This document shows, in pieces, positions 1 through 10,863 of a DNA stretch of 64,000 nt; position 1 is the first letter of the stretch, and the number at the start of each line of letters is the position of its first letter. Location: the NCBI GenBank assembly GCA_010093605.1, contig MU004186.1, forward strand, positions 1,158,616 through 1,222,615, in the 5' to 3' direction. The notes under the pieces are model-generated. The model had not been told where the DNA came from and searched no databases. It was given only the letters and a program-made list of their open reading frames with translations. A program made the translations under genes and the position numbers. Source of the stretch: Lophium mytilinum. Taxonomy: Eukaryota.

Positions 1-23
1 CTGGCAAGGCTGGTCGACTAGCT

Positions 24-2014
24 ATGGAGGCCCGTCTGGCAAACAAGCCGCTCCCGGCATACCCCCCATCAGAGGATAGTAGCACGGATTACTCCGTTCT
101 CCCAGATCGCTACAGAACACTGGCTCCCATCCCGGACCTCCCTCGACCTATCACCCGGGGCAGATCCCTCGGGTCTCAGGGTACAGTTGCGCCAAAGTAT
201 CTGCCCCCGAAGGCTGCAGAATATCGTGGTGTCGTGAATGCCGGAATGAGGGTTGCCTCACAATATGCCAATGTTGAGGAGGGCAGCAGCCAGACGACTC
301 CTAGAGCCGCTGGAAGCCACCTGCCAACAACCTTCTACTCGCCCTCAAACTTCACTCTCGACACCGTTGATCGGGCCTCCGGTTTCAGTCCGTCGCGCAA
401 CGTAAGTCTCCCTTTCCTTCTGAAAGCGCCAAGAACGGCGACGTCATTGTTTTTGACATTCACTTCTTGTTGTCTTTCGCTTCGCCGAAGTTTCTCCGCT
501 AACATCTGCTGCTCCAGGCCGACCCTGCCCGTTACATCGTCGCCTCCCCACCTCGTCCATCCCGCCAGGAGATTGCGCAGCCGCAGCCTCTCTCAGCGCG
601 CACCCGTAGGGTTAATCGGGGAACGATTCATATGATCTTTCAGGGTGACGCCCACGACATCAGTCCAGACGCCACTCTTGAGCCGTTCGACCCGACCAGA
701 CTCACCCAGCCTCACGCCCTCTTCCTGAAGTCTTCCGACCCTGTACACCACACACCTACTCTCAGGCGGCTCGAATACCCGGCACGCCCCGACCTAGCTC
801 TCGCGAGACCACTCGCGCCTAAGAACAAGATGATTGCCAACCTGCAAGACAACCAAGATCGCAAGGTAGTTCGCCGTAGACCAGGCTCGGCGGACATGAA
901 AGATCAAGCTCAAGCTAACCGCCGTTCCTTGAAGGACGCGCAGCCCAGCCCGTTCCGCCCGCAGCACCCCAGCGCTCTGCCGATGCCTCTGTACGCCAAC
1001 GGCCGCGGTGCCATGTACAGCTTCGTCTCCTCGGCGTCTCCCACCCACGATGACGCCCGCCCTCCTACTCATGCCGAGAGCGGTGTCGCTGCTTACGACG
1101 GTAACGACTCTCAATCATCCAGCCGCCATGATGCTCCAGCGCCAGGCCACAACGTCGCATTGTTCCAGCCCTTCCTGTCCCCTCCTCCGGAGCACGCATT
1201 CTATGCCTCCCCCATCAGCGACGTATTCTCGCCTACTGCTTCGGTCCCACCGATGCCAGCCGTGCTCTACGACGGCAGCGATGTTCTGACTCACTTCGGC
1301 GTGGTCAACCACCACATGGACGAGTTGCACAAGAAGGTTAAGGAATCGTTCGGGAAACTTAATGATGACCTTGATAAGAGCGGCGATGGCAGAAAGAACG
1401 AGCTCTCCAACAAGTTGGACGCTCTACTCCCCACCACCGTCATCCAGTCTATCAAGGCAACCGAACCCAAGCTGGACAAGGTCATGACGCTGTTGGCGGA
1501 CAGTGTCGTCGTCTCTCTAGCCAGCATCACCGAGCAGACGACGGGCTCGCAGGACAATAACAAGGTCATTCACCAGAAGTTGGACAAACAGCAGCAGACG
1601 CTTGAGGCCATTCTTGAGCAGTTGAAGCTGATTGCTGTACGATCAAACAACGGCCCTCAGTTTGGCCATCACCCTCGTCGCTCCTACGACAACCAGCGCG
1701 GAGCACCCGATCCCAACGCTTTCCGCATCAATCACCATGGCCAGGAAGGTGGCATCGTAGCTGGTCGCACGGGTCGGCATTTCGCCAGCGAGGCGGGACC
1801 AGCGAGATCGGATTCCAACATCAACCTTGTTCGCCAGCATCCAGAGGCCGTCGATGGCACTTACTATAACCAGTTCCCAACTCCAGGCCAAGTCATTGGT
1901 ACATTTGGTGGCATCACGTACGTTCAGGGCAATCCTCTTCCGCACAACGGTCCTGCGAACTACGAGAACAACGGTTCTACCAACTTCCCTTACGGCTACG
2001 ATTCGCGTCGCTAA
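24..2014 (+). CDS. Hypothetical protein, Pro/Ser-rich with a central coiled coil; may start upstream of the window
   Basis: ORF 24-401 joins ORF 632-2014 in frame through a GTAAGT..GCTAAC..CAG intron (402-517). The frame is open back to the window start. No domain recognised. Confidence 0.7.
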
Positions 2015-3039
2015 TCACTGATCTTCGACGACGTACCTTAAAAAGCACTAGCGACAACTTTACACAACCCAAGTTTCAAGGATGATGGTAGGAGTCATGC
2101 TTTACTATACCTCTGGGCTTTCCTCCTTTGGAAAGCCTTCTTTTCTTAGGACCTGATTGTTCTTGCCGGCTTTTCTTCAACTTCCCGGGCCTTCTTCAGC
2201 TTCTCTCCAGACTTGCGACGACTCACAATGACTAATGCTCACGACTAACCGACCTTACGAACACTAACGCTCGAGACAACTGACTTTCACGTCGTGGTTG
2301 GTACAAAGTGGATGGTTGGGACTGTGCGATGTCTATGAAAGTCGTTCCCCGGGAGGTCATACTCTGCTTTTCCTTGACTCTGGTGCTTTCCATGCTATGC
2401 TTGGATCGTCTTGTCCTGGATAGCCTTTTCTTTTGCGATTGGAATTTGGGATGGATGCGAGCAACCTAACACGGTCTTACGAGCCGTTTGGATTTCTCGA
2501 CTTGAAGTAGGTTCGCCGTAGCCTTACAGTTGGTTGGGATTTCTGGCGACTTGACCATAGTGTTCTGGTGTCACTTTATACCTCTAAAAATGGAATGCAT
2601 GAACATTCGACATATCAGTGCCCTTGTGAAGTGATTGTGAGATTGTCTACCTTAAATGCACCATCTGGTCAGCATAGACACTGCAGCATGAACGTGGAGG
2701 ACGAGCTGCACTGCGGGTAGATGGCCACGACGCTATCAAAGCTCGGATTTAGATGGCCTGAGCCGACATGTAGTTTCTTCACCTCTGTTGCCCTCATGAG
2801 TCGTTGTTGCAAGCATCTGTGTGGCGACTTCAACACCACGGGCTCCATCCCACTTCCCCAGACATCCCACGCGGCGCATCGAATCCGCGCCCTCGATTTG
2901 AGCACCTGGCACTGGCCCTGGCCCGAGACATCCAGCGCCACAGCAGCTAACGACGCGCCCGTCGGTCGGGATCCACGTTGCTGGCGCAAGCCCTTGCCGG
3001 GCGCAGCTCAGAGACTCTGCTCTCAACCCTGCATTCATC

Positions 3040-5149
3040 ATGGCCGCCCAAACCCGCCCCAAGCCCCCCCTCCAGGGCTCCCCTCATCCCGCCGCAACGT
3101 GCCCGAATCCGCTGGACAGCCAGACGACGGCCGAGCACTCGACGCCGGCCGACGACGACACGGCAGCGCTGGACACGAAAGACAACACCACTCCTGCCGC
3201 CTTGGCCGCCGCGAACTGCGCCGCCGTCACTCGAAACGCTGAATTGGCTCCAGAGATAGAGTCGCTGCAGTCCCCAGCCTCCCTCCCAGTCATCCCCAAG
3301 TACCACATCCGCACGCCCTCGGCTGCTGGCCTCTTCCTCCAGACCGATCTCCCCTCCGAGCTCGCGACGACGCTGCCGAACCAGTCGCCCAACACGCCAA
3401 CTAGAGTGGGGAGCAGAGGAGGAGTACAGATCCGGGCCTCGGCGACTGCGCCGATTGCAATACCAGGGGCTTCGCTCAGGAGCACGCTGTCGGCGGCGAG
3501 CATGACGAGTTCTCTCTCGCCTGGATCTGCTGTCTCTTCGCCGATGCTGAACGCGTTGACGGACATCACACCCCTGCCATCACCGCTGGCAGTGGGCGAC
3601 TCTCCAGGCCCGTGGATGCGGGCGACACATGCACGTCCAGGCTCTCGGGGTTCGTCTGGTGTCACCCGCGACGACTCGTTCTTCCTCTCGACCAGCGTGA
3701 CGTCTCCGTCGAAGAAAAAGAAGGCTTATTCGGGTCTCATGCCCACAGCGGTCGAGGGCGCGAGTTTGCAGGCATACCCGCAGAGTGAGTCGGGACATGG
3801 GAGGAACAGGAGTCTCAGCGAGTTTGTGCCGGAGCCGCTCCATAATATACGGCATCGTCAGATTACAGTCTCGGCTGGATATGGTCACATAGAGGCGGAA
3901 GCCGCGCTCCATCGCGAGCAGTATCTTGCAGCGCAACGTGGACCGTGTCTTGCAGTGCCAGCGTCCCAATCTGGACCCCAAGCAACTTTCCCAACGCCGC
4001 CTGCTAGCAATCGAAGCGTGACCGAGAGCGAAGAGGAGGAGATTCCCGAAGACACCGAAGGCGTCAAGTACCTCACTGTCCGCCACAAGCCCAATACACG
4101 CAAGAAGCTATGGCGATGTGTGCGTCTGCTAGGCCAGGGAACATTCAGCAAAGTTTACCTTGCGACGAGCGAGAAGATCACCGCGAAAGACCCACTAGAC
4201 GAATCGACGTTGAACCCTAGAAAGCTTGTAGCTATCAAGGTCGTCGAGCACGGCCCTGCTGGAGGTGCTGACGAGCAACGCGTAGAGCTGAGCTTGAAAC
4301 GAGAGGTGGAGATGCTGAAATCCGTCTCTCATCCCTCTATCGTCCATCTCCGGACCTTCGATTACGATGATCAGGAGGCTCACCTTGTCCTGACGTACTG
4401 TCCTGGGGGCGACCTATTTGATCTCGCCAGCGAACATCGCAATCTCTTAACACCCGCCCTCTTGCAGAGGGTAAACGCCGAGATGGTTGGCGCGGTGCGA
4501 TATCTCCACTCTGAACTAATCGTGCATCGAGATATCAAGCTAGAAAGTCTGCATTTCCCCTGAATGCCCTATTTCGCAACACTAACACCTACTAGACGTC
4601 CTCCTCAACATTCCCGCCGCTACTCTCTCATCAATTGAATCCCCTCAATCCTACCCGCACCCTCTAATCACCCTCACCGACTTGGGTCTCTCCCGCAGAG
4701 TCCCCAACCCGCAAGAACTCCTTACCACCCGCTGCGGCAGCGAAGATTACGCTGCACCCGAGATCCTCCTCGGCCAGCCCTACGACGGTCGTGCCACTGA
4801 CGCTTGGGCGCTAGGTGTGCTCCTCTACGCTCTCATGGAAGGCCGGTTACCCTTTGATCCGCCGCCCGGGAAAGCGGGTGCGAGGAGTAGGGCAGCACAC
4901 CGCATTGCGCGATGCGACTGGGTATGGTGCCGCTTTGGAGACGCAGACGGGGAGTGGGACCCCAAAGCCGGTGCAGAGTGGGAGGGCGGGCGTGAGGTAG
5001 TGGAAGGCCTGCTCAAGAAAGTCAGTCGAGGCCGAAAAAGCCTCGACCAAGTCGCGGAGATGGAGTGGGTGCGGCACGGCATCACCGTCGAAGGGGGACT
5101 AAAGAGGCGGGAGGATGACCTGGAGGACGAGATGGAGGTGGAAAGGTAG
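3040..5149 (+). CDS. Ser/Thr protein kinase (CAMK-like, PRR1-type) with a long low-complexity N-terminus
   Basis: Motifs LGQGTFSKV, VAIK, HRDIKLE|NVLL across a 49-nt intron (4547-4595), DLG in place of DFG, CGSEDYAAPE and DAWALGVLLY. Confidence 0.93.
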
Positions 5150-5825
5150 TCGCTAGTGAGGAGCCTTCAGCATGCTCAGACGCTGCTTTGGGTTAGATCT
5201 GAAAGCACGAAAGCGAGGGTGGGCGATATGTGGAGGAGCCGTCCATCTACGGAGACTTTAAGCCGTTGGTGGGGTTTGATACGCGTTTTGGCGAGTGTGT
5301 TTGGCGTTTTGTATTATCATATCCTTTTCTTTGTTTCTTTCTTAGTAGGTAGGCCGCTCGCTGGGCGTTTTATACGTTCGTTTTTGCCCGCGAGTGCAGG
5401 GATGGGTATTGGGATTGGATTGGATTGGATGGACTAAGGTGGGGGTTGGGGATCAACATATAAAAGATACCACTGATGCGCTCTTTCAGCGCTTTTCTTT
5501 ACTCCATTTTCTAGTTCGACTCATCTCGTTTTCGTCTTTTCGCCTTCCTCTTGATTCGCTTCTTTCGTATGTTGCTTCTTCAAACAATCTACTCACTCTA
5601 CTAAGTTCACGGCGGTCTTCAAAGCCGCAGTGCCGCATTTCCCTATCCAGCGTCTTTTCTCTGTCTTTCAAAGTCGAATTGCAATGTTGAGCTGGCATAT
5701 AGATAAAAGATAGCAGTAGCATTGGATTGGATAGACAAATATTGTGGTATCTCAAACTCATTTATCGACTCATGTATTTCCTTAGTAGTCTCGTGATTCA
5801 GCATGACTAATCTACTTCCCGTAGA

Positions 5826-6115
5826 TATATAAATCTTCCGCTCCTACGTCTGGGGTTGGTTCTTGCATGGAAGCCTTCTGGGCTTGGGGGAGGATCAAAT
5901 CGCCAGACCACGGACGGAATGGTTCGCAGCTCTTGTGGGATTCTGAAAAATTCAAGTTGGACAAACTACTGATGGGTGGAGGAGAATCAACCTCTGGCCC
6001 CAACCTCTATGGTTGTGGGTGGTGCGACTTCTTCAAAAGCGGCATATCACATGGGGAAGAAGTTCGGCAGCTGTGTGCTGCAATCTTTGATGGGTGGTAG
6101 CTTGAGGAGATCCAA
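5826..6115 (+). repeat. Degenerate ATGG/G-rich repeat array A with TATA leader
   Basis: TATATAAA at 5826. Units begin with ATGG at 5867, 5919, 5972, 6009, 6051 and 6090. Confidence 0.5.
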
Positions 6116-6199
6116 TGATACTCATCATCTCTCATCCTTCGTGACCATGAACAGGACCACAGCTTCACAAAGACGAGTCTTAGGAACGGAGAGAGGTAG

Positions 6200-6456
6200 C
6201 GAGTAGCATCAACAGATGATGAACTCCACCTTCCTCATGCTTATGGTTTTAGCCTAGCTTTGCTCCCGATTCCCACCCATGAGAGATCTTCGACCTTGTG
6301 TTGTTGAATCCAGCGCTCCACCTCTAATCCTTAGAATTTTCGGAAGTGTTGTTTTGACTCCACTCCATCAGCCTGTCTCATCGCATCTTGTGAACTCCGA
6401 AGAATTCCCCAATCCGCTTGCTGTTCGACTTCCAGAGGGCGGTGGAGGTTTATATA
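6200..6456 (-). repeat. Degenerate repeat array D (minus strand) with TATA leader
   Basis: Minus-strand TATATAAA at 6456-6449. Minus-strand units start near 6368 (ATGGAGTGGAGTCAAAAAC), 6328, 6280 (ATGGGTGGGAATCGGGAGCAAAG) and 6238. Confidence 0.5.
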
Positions 6457-6605
6457 CCCAGCTGAACGAGGCGCTTACTAACAACTCTAACGGTCATGCG
6501 GCTTCTAAAAGGCCAGCACAGTACCTTCACAGAGGCTTGCCAGGTGGGACCGGCACATATCACGTTTCAGACGCGTGACCTCGCAATGTCCACGCTTCGA
6601 CGGGG

Positions 6606-6930
6606 TATAAAAGCTCCACGTTCTGCGGGTTCTTGGACTTCAGGGCATGGGAGTTGTGGTTTGAGTTTCTGCAAAAATCATCCAAAGGCGAGTCATATGG
6701 TGTGGCAGACTTGGGGCTCGTGGTGCAAAACCCCGAAGCTTGCTAAGCAATGGGGTGGGAGAAAGTGGTTCAAACACCTGGTGAAACTATACATTATGGT
6801 GTGGGCTTCAAGGGGAAATCATGCGCAGACACATTCGATGGTGGGGTGGGCTGGGTGGAGAGTACTCGAGGTGGTGATGTCGAGCAGCTAGGCGATGACA
6901 GGATGGTCGGTATGAGGTTGATATGAAAGG
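6606..6930 (+). repeat. Degenerate repeat array B with TATA leader
   Basis: TATAAAA at 6606. Units start at 6647, 6697, 6750, 6796 and 6838, e.g. ATGGTGTGGCAG..GGTGCAAAA. Confidence 0.6.
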
Positions 6931-6959
6931 ACTCCATAGCGAGCGGTGGTGTGGACGGT

Positions 6960-7209
6960 ACGCACTTTTGTTAGAGGCTGATACTCGCTATCAGCATGAC
7001 ATAAGGAGATAACCCCGGAGACGGCACCCATCTGCTGTCGTCGATGCTTGTTTTGATGCTCCACCACTCCACTTCCTCCTCCATAGAATATTCTTGATTA
7101 GGTAATTGAACGAGCACTCATGATAGTCCCCGTTTCTAGTTATTTGAACCTCGGCCAGGAAATCCAACCCCCCTGCCCTTCCAAGTCCGCAACAAACAAC
7201 TTCTATATA
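6960..7209 (-). repeat. Degenerate repeat array E (minus strand) with TATA leader
   Basis: Minus-strand GGGTATATAG at ~7212-7203. One clear unit at 7084 (ATGGAGGAGGAAGTGGAGTGGTGGAGCATCAAAAC) and weaker ones near 7121, 7031 and 6997. Confidence 0.4.
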
Positions 7210-7354
7210 CCCGATCGAAATCCACGGCTGACAAACCTCCACGTGACTCTCGATGCCCCTGTGACCCCTTACCACCACTCACAGTCCTGTCATGCGCACT
7301 CAGAACATCACGTTGAGTTCCTGTGACACGGTGACTAATCCCCTTTCTTTCGAG

Positions 7355-8430
7355 TATATAACCTCGCCCGCTCGACCTTCCCTCCGACTTCTCCAGGGAA
7401 AGAACGGGGTTTCTGGGATTTTGCAACAAGTCAACCTTGCATTCGAGTCACCCATGGAGTGGGTGGAGGGTGTTTGAAAATAAATTGGTTCTTCACAGCC
7501 ATGTTGAACTTGGAGTCTTGCTGCAAACACCTTGGCGGAAAAGATTCATGGGAAGGGAGGAGCGGAGGGATTGAAAACGACACAGGACTCAGCATATGGT
7601 GTGGGAGGTGTGGGTGGAGGGGTTTTAAAACTCTACGATGTCTGTGTACATGGCGGACTCGGGGGTCTTGCTGCAAAAACACTCGACAAAGAAACTAATG
7701 GGAAGGGAGGAGGGGAGGGATCGAAAATAACCCTCGTCTGACAAGAGTGAATGGTGTGGGAGGGGAGGGATTGAAAACGACACGAACAACAGTATAATGG
7801 TGTGGGAGGAGGAGGGTTGCAAAAAGCTGGCCCGGTCATCTTTATGGTGGGGGTGGGATGAGGTCCAACAAATTCAATGACGAAGACGATGAAGTGGGAG
7901 GGGAAGGGTCAGAAATCAACTATTGAACCCAACAATAGTGTGGCCGGAAGTTTTTTGCAAACACTTTGCATGGTGGAGCTAGGGAGTTTGGTGCAAAAAG
8001 GGACAACAAAACATACCATGGACTGCAAAGGTCATCATGGTGGGGGTGGGAGGTGTGGTGCAAAAGAGAAACATTGGGGACAGACGATGGAGTGGGAGGA
8101 CAAAAAATTGCCTAAACGGGCTGCTCATGCGTGGTCGGAAGTTGTTCGCAAAAACCTCAGCAGTGGAGTTTCATGGTGGAGTTGGGGGGAGGGTGGTCCA
8201 CAAAGAATTTGGAGAAGAACTTCATGGAGTGCGGAAGGCGCGAGCAAAAGAGATCACCTATTCTTCCATGGCGTGGGTGGAGGCGGTCCGCAACAACAAC
8301 ATTTGCTGGGACTGCCTGATGGGACTGGAGAGGGTGTTGCAAATCACAGTCTGGATGGATGCCATGGAGTGTGGAGGGAGGTAGCAAAATCATGCACGGC
8401 AAGCATTCATGCGGTGTGGCCCGAATATTC
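7355..8430 (+). repeat. Degenerate repeat array C, ~22 units of ~47 bp, with TATA leader
   Basis: TATATAA at 7355. Unit starts at 7454, 7501, 7548, 7596, 7650, 7698, 7751, 7797, 7844, 7889, 7935, 7970, 8018, 8037, 8087, 8127, 8173, 8224, 8268, 8319, 8364 and 8409. GGAGGGATTGAAAACGACAC occurs twice exactly (7564 and 7764). Confidence 0.8.
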
Positions 8431-9199
8431 CCAGAGGCATGATGCAACGTCGGGTCGGCTGGGCGGTGGCTGATTCGAACATGCGGTCATGTGCTTCGTC
8501 GATCCTCGCTGGTGTTGTTCGAGTTGATACACCGATGTTGGAGAGCCTCTCCTTTTTAGATCGGGGCTCTACGATGTTTAAAGTGCTTGGGGACGTTTGA
8601 TGGACCTACTTGCTGGTGGACTTCGGCATCGTTGCTAGGTAGAGACTATCACGCGTGAACACTTGCCCTTCCACCGCGTAGTTATTTTGGAATAGTGCTG
8701 TTAGTAGTCATGCTGAAGACAGACATCCACCAGACCATGTCTTGATGTTGTGCAGGCTTTGACTGCACCGAATCTTCAAGTCTCACAGAGCATCTTTCCC
8801 TTCTTTAATGCCTCGACAGACCCTTGCTTGACCGGAGAAGAGTTGAAATTGAAAGTAGGCTTTAAGCCCGAAGAGGAATCTGAAAGCAAACATGTGACCA
8901 AGTACGTGGGGAGAAAAGTTTCAGATAGACTTAAGAAAGGGTATTGATTGAACCATCGAAACCAGCTCAAAGCACACTTCATGAATCCCGTCCATCCCAG
9001 GCCGTAGCCACCAACTCATGCAAACCTATTGAACAACTCGTAGTTTCCCCGCGAGACAAATCATTTCCAAAACACTCATGAGATGAACCGCCCATGCGCG
9101 CCAAAACGCCCATATCCAGAAAGAATCGCAGTTCCTTAATCCCGCCTGACGCTCCAGACGCCTTCCAGGAAGAACCAGCATCCAGTATCCAGCACTCGC

Positions 9200-10460
9200 T
9201 TAATCCAAAACCTCGTAGCTGACATCCTGCTTCCTCTTCCGCACGCCCACAAACAGCCACTTGAAGCCCCACCCGACCGACTTGATGATATCCCATGGGT
9301 TGAAAGTGTTCAGCAGGGCGCGTGGCCCGCCATGCGCATACTTCGTTGGCGTAGTCAGATCGCTCGTAAGCTGCTTGTTCAGATCGTACGGTTGCCATTT
9401 GAACGCGAAGATGTGCATGACTGCAAAGATGGCCATCTCCACACATAATAGCATATTGGGTATACCGACCTTGATGTCCTGGTACCCTATCTTCTTGCTC
9501 GGAGTGATCGTTCCAGACGACACGAGGAAGGAGATGAGGAGGGATTGCCAGAAAGAGAAAAAGATGACGAGCTTGATGCAGGCGATCTTGAGACCTGGCC
9601 CGTGCGGCGCAAGCTCGTTCTTCATCTGCAGGTAAAATTGAATAAGGCAGTACATTGCTATTGTGACGGAGAGTGCTTCGAAGGCCATGACCCAGATGTG
9701 GGCAAAAGCTGGGTGGAGGGAGCTTTCGCAGTAGCGGCCGGTGGCTTGAGTGATGCCGGCGACGCAGGTGAAGAAGACGCGCACGAAGCAGTATTGGTAG
9801 ACGCCGAGCCAGACGATCTGTGTGCGCAATTAGTTTTACTCGATAGCGTCAGAGTCATGAAATCCAGTCTACGTACGTTGAACCACGTCAATCCACTCAT
9901 CGGTTTGCGAAGAAAGCCTTTATTCTCCCCGCCAGTGCACTTCTGTATCCAGGTCATGGGCCAGACCCAATTGCGCGGTTTCACGGTCCGGAAGTAGTTC
10001 TTCTGGTCGTGCAGATCATGCGCGAGGTAGTGGCACATGAGGGTGAAGAAACTGGAAATCGCAAAGGCTTCATAGCAGTCGCGCAAGATCTCGAAGTATA
10101 CGGCGTGTCTGTAGTAGAGGTAGGAGAGGAAGCTGACGGTCGCGTAGATTGGGATCATGAAAAGAATCCGTATAATACTGTGATGTCGGGTTAGCTTACG
10201 GCCACAGTTGCGCTCGTGAAGGCTGTGTATCAAGCCTTCAAGGCTGGAATGTTTTGGCGAGACGGGCGAACGTACTGCTTCTGCTCCCATGGTTTCAGGT
10301 AGTGCGTTATGTGTCTAAAGATGAGGTAGAGGGCGATGGTAGTCGCTATCAGGCCAAAGACGGCGGATATGAAGAGGCCGATGTGGTGGAAGGTGACTTT
10401 GCCGGCAATAGGATCCTCCTTCACCCACTGCTCAGTGAGGGTGGTATTACAGAATACCAT
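9200..10460 (-). CDS. TMEM184/OST-alpha family (DUF300) membrane protein
   Basis: Exons 10460-10276, 10177-9877 and 9817-9200. Motifs EQKHIIRILFMIPIYA, RDCYEAFAI, KLVIFFSFWQ and CVEMAIFA. Confidence 0.92.
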
Positions 10461-10863
10461 GGTAGGCGATTTGTTGCGAAGATGCGCAGGAAGGCGGCAT
10501 GCGCTATGGATGTAGCAGAAGAGGCGGTTCAGCAGACGCTGGGTATGCGGCGAGTAGTAACAGTAGTGAAGGAGGCACAGAGGAGGGTGGCAGTGCAGTG
10601 TATGAGCATCCTTGGCTTAAACGACGTTTCGGCGCTTGGAGCAAGGGGTCCGGACCCGCTGTACGAAGGTGCGTCAATCGTTTCAGGTGCGCTCTATCCC
10701 CGCCGCTAGAATTAAACCCCTTCGAATGCGCCTGTGTGGCATGAATATCCTCATAAAAGTCGTAGGCATCTGTCGAACTGGATGCGCCCCTCTGGAACCA
10801 ACACTGGACCGCGAATCCACCACCTCCGCCCAGCAGTGTCTTAGGCCCCCACACTACGACATC

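Noticed and set aside
5412..5431. (GGATT)n short repeat
   Set aside because: Ordinary microsatellite in the kinase 3' region.
7454..8430. True CRISPR array or micro-exon gene
   Set aside because: Repeats are too degenerate and non-palindromic, with no cas genes. Units lack GT/branch-point/AG signals on either strand.
7877..8473. 198-aa ORF over array C
   Set aside because: No recognisable domain, and units fall in different frames. It is best explained as a stop-poor by-product of the G-rich array.
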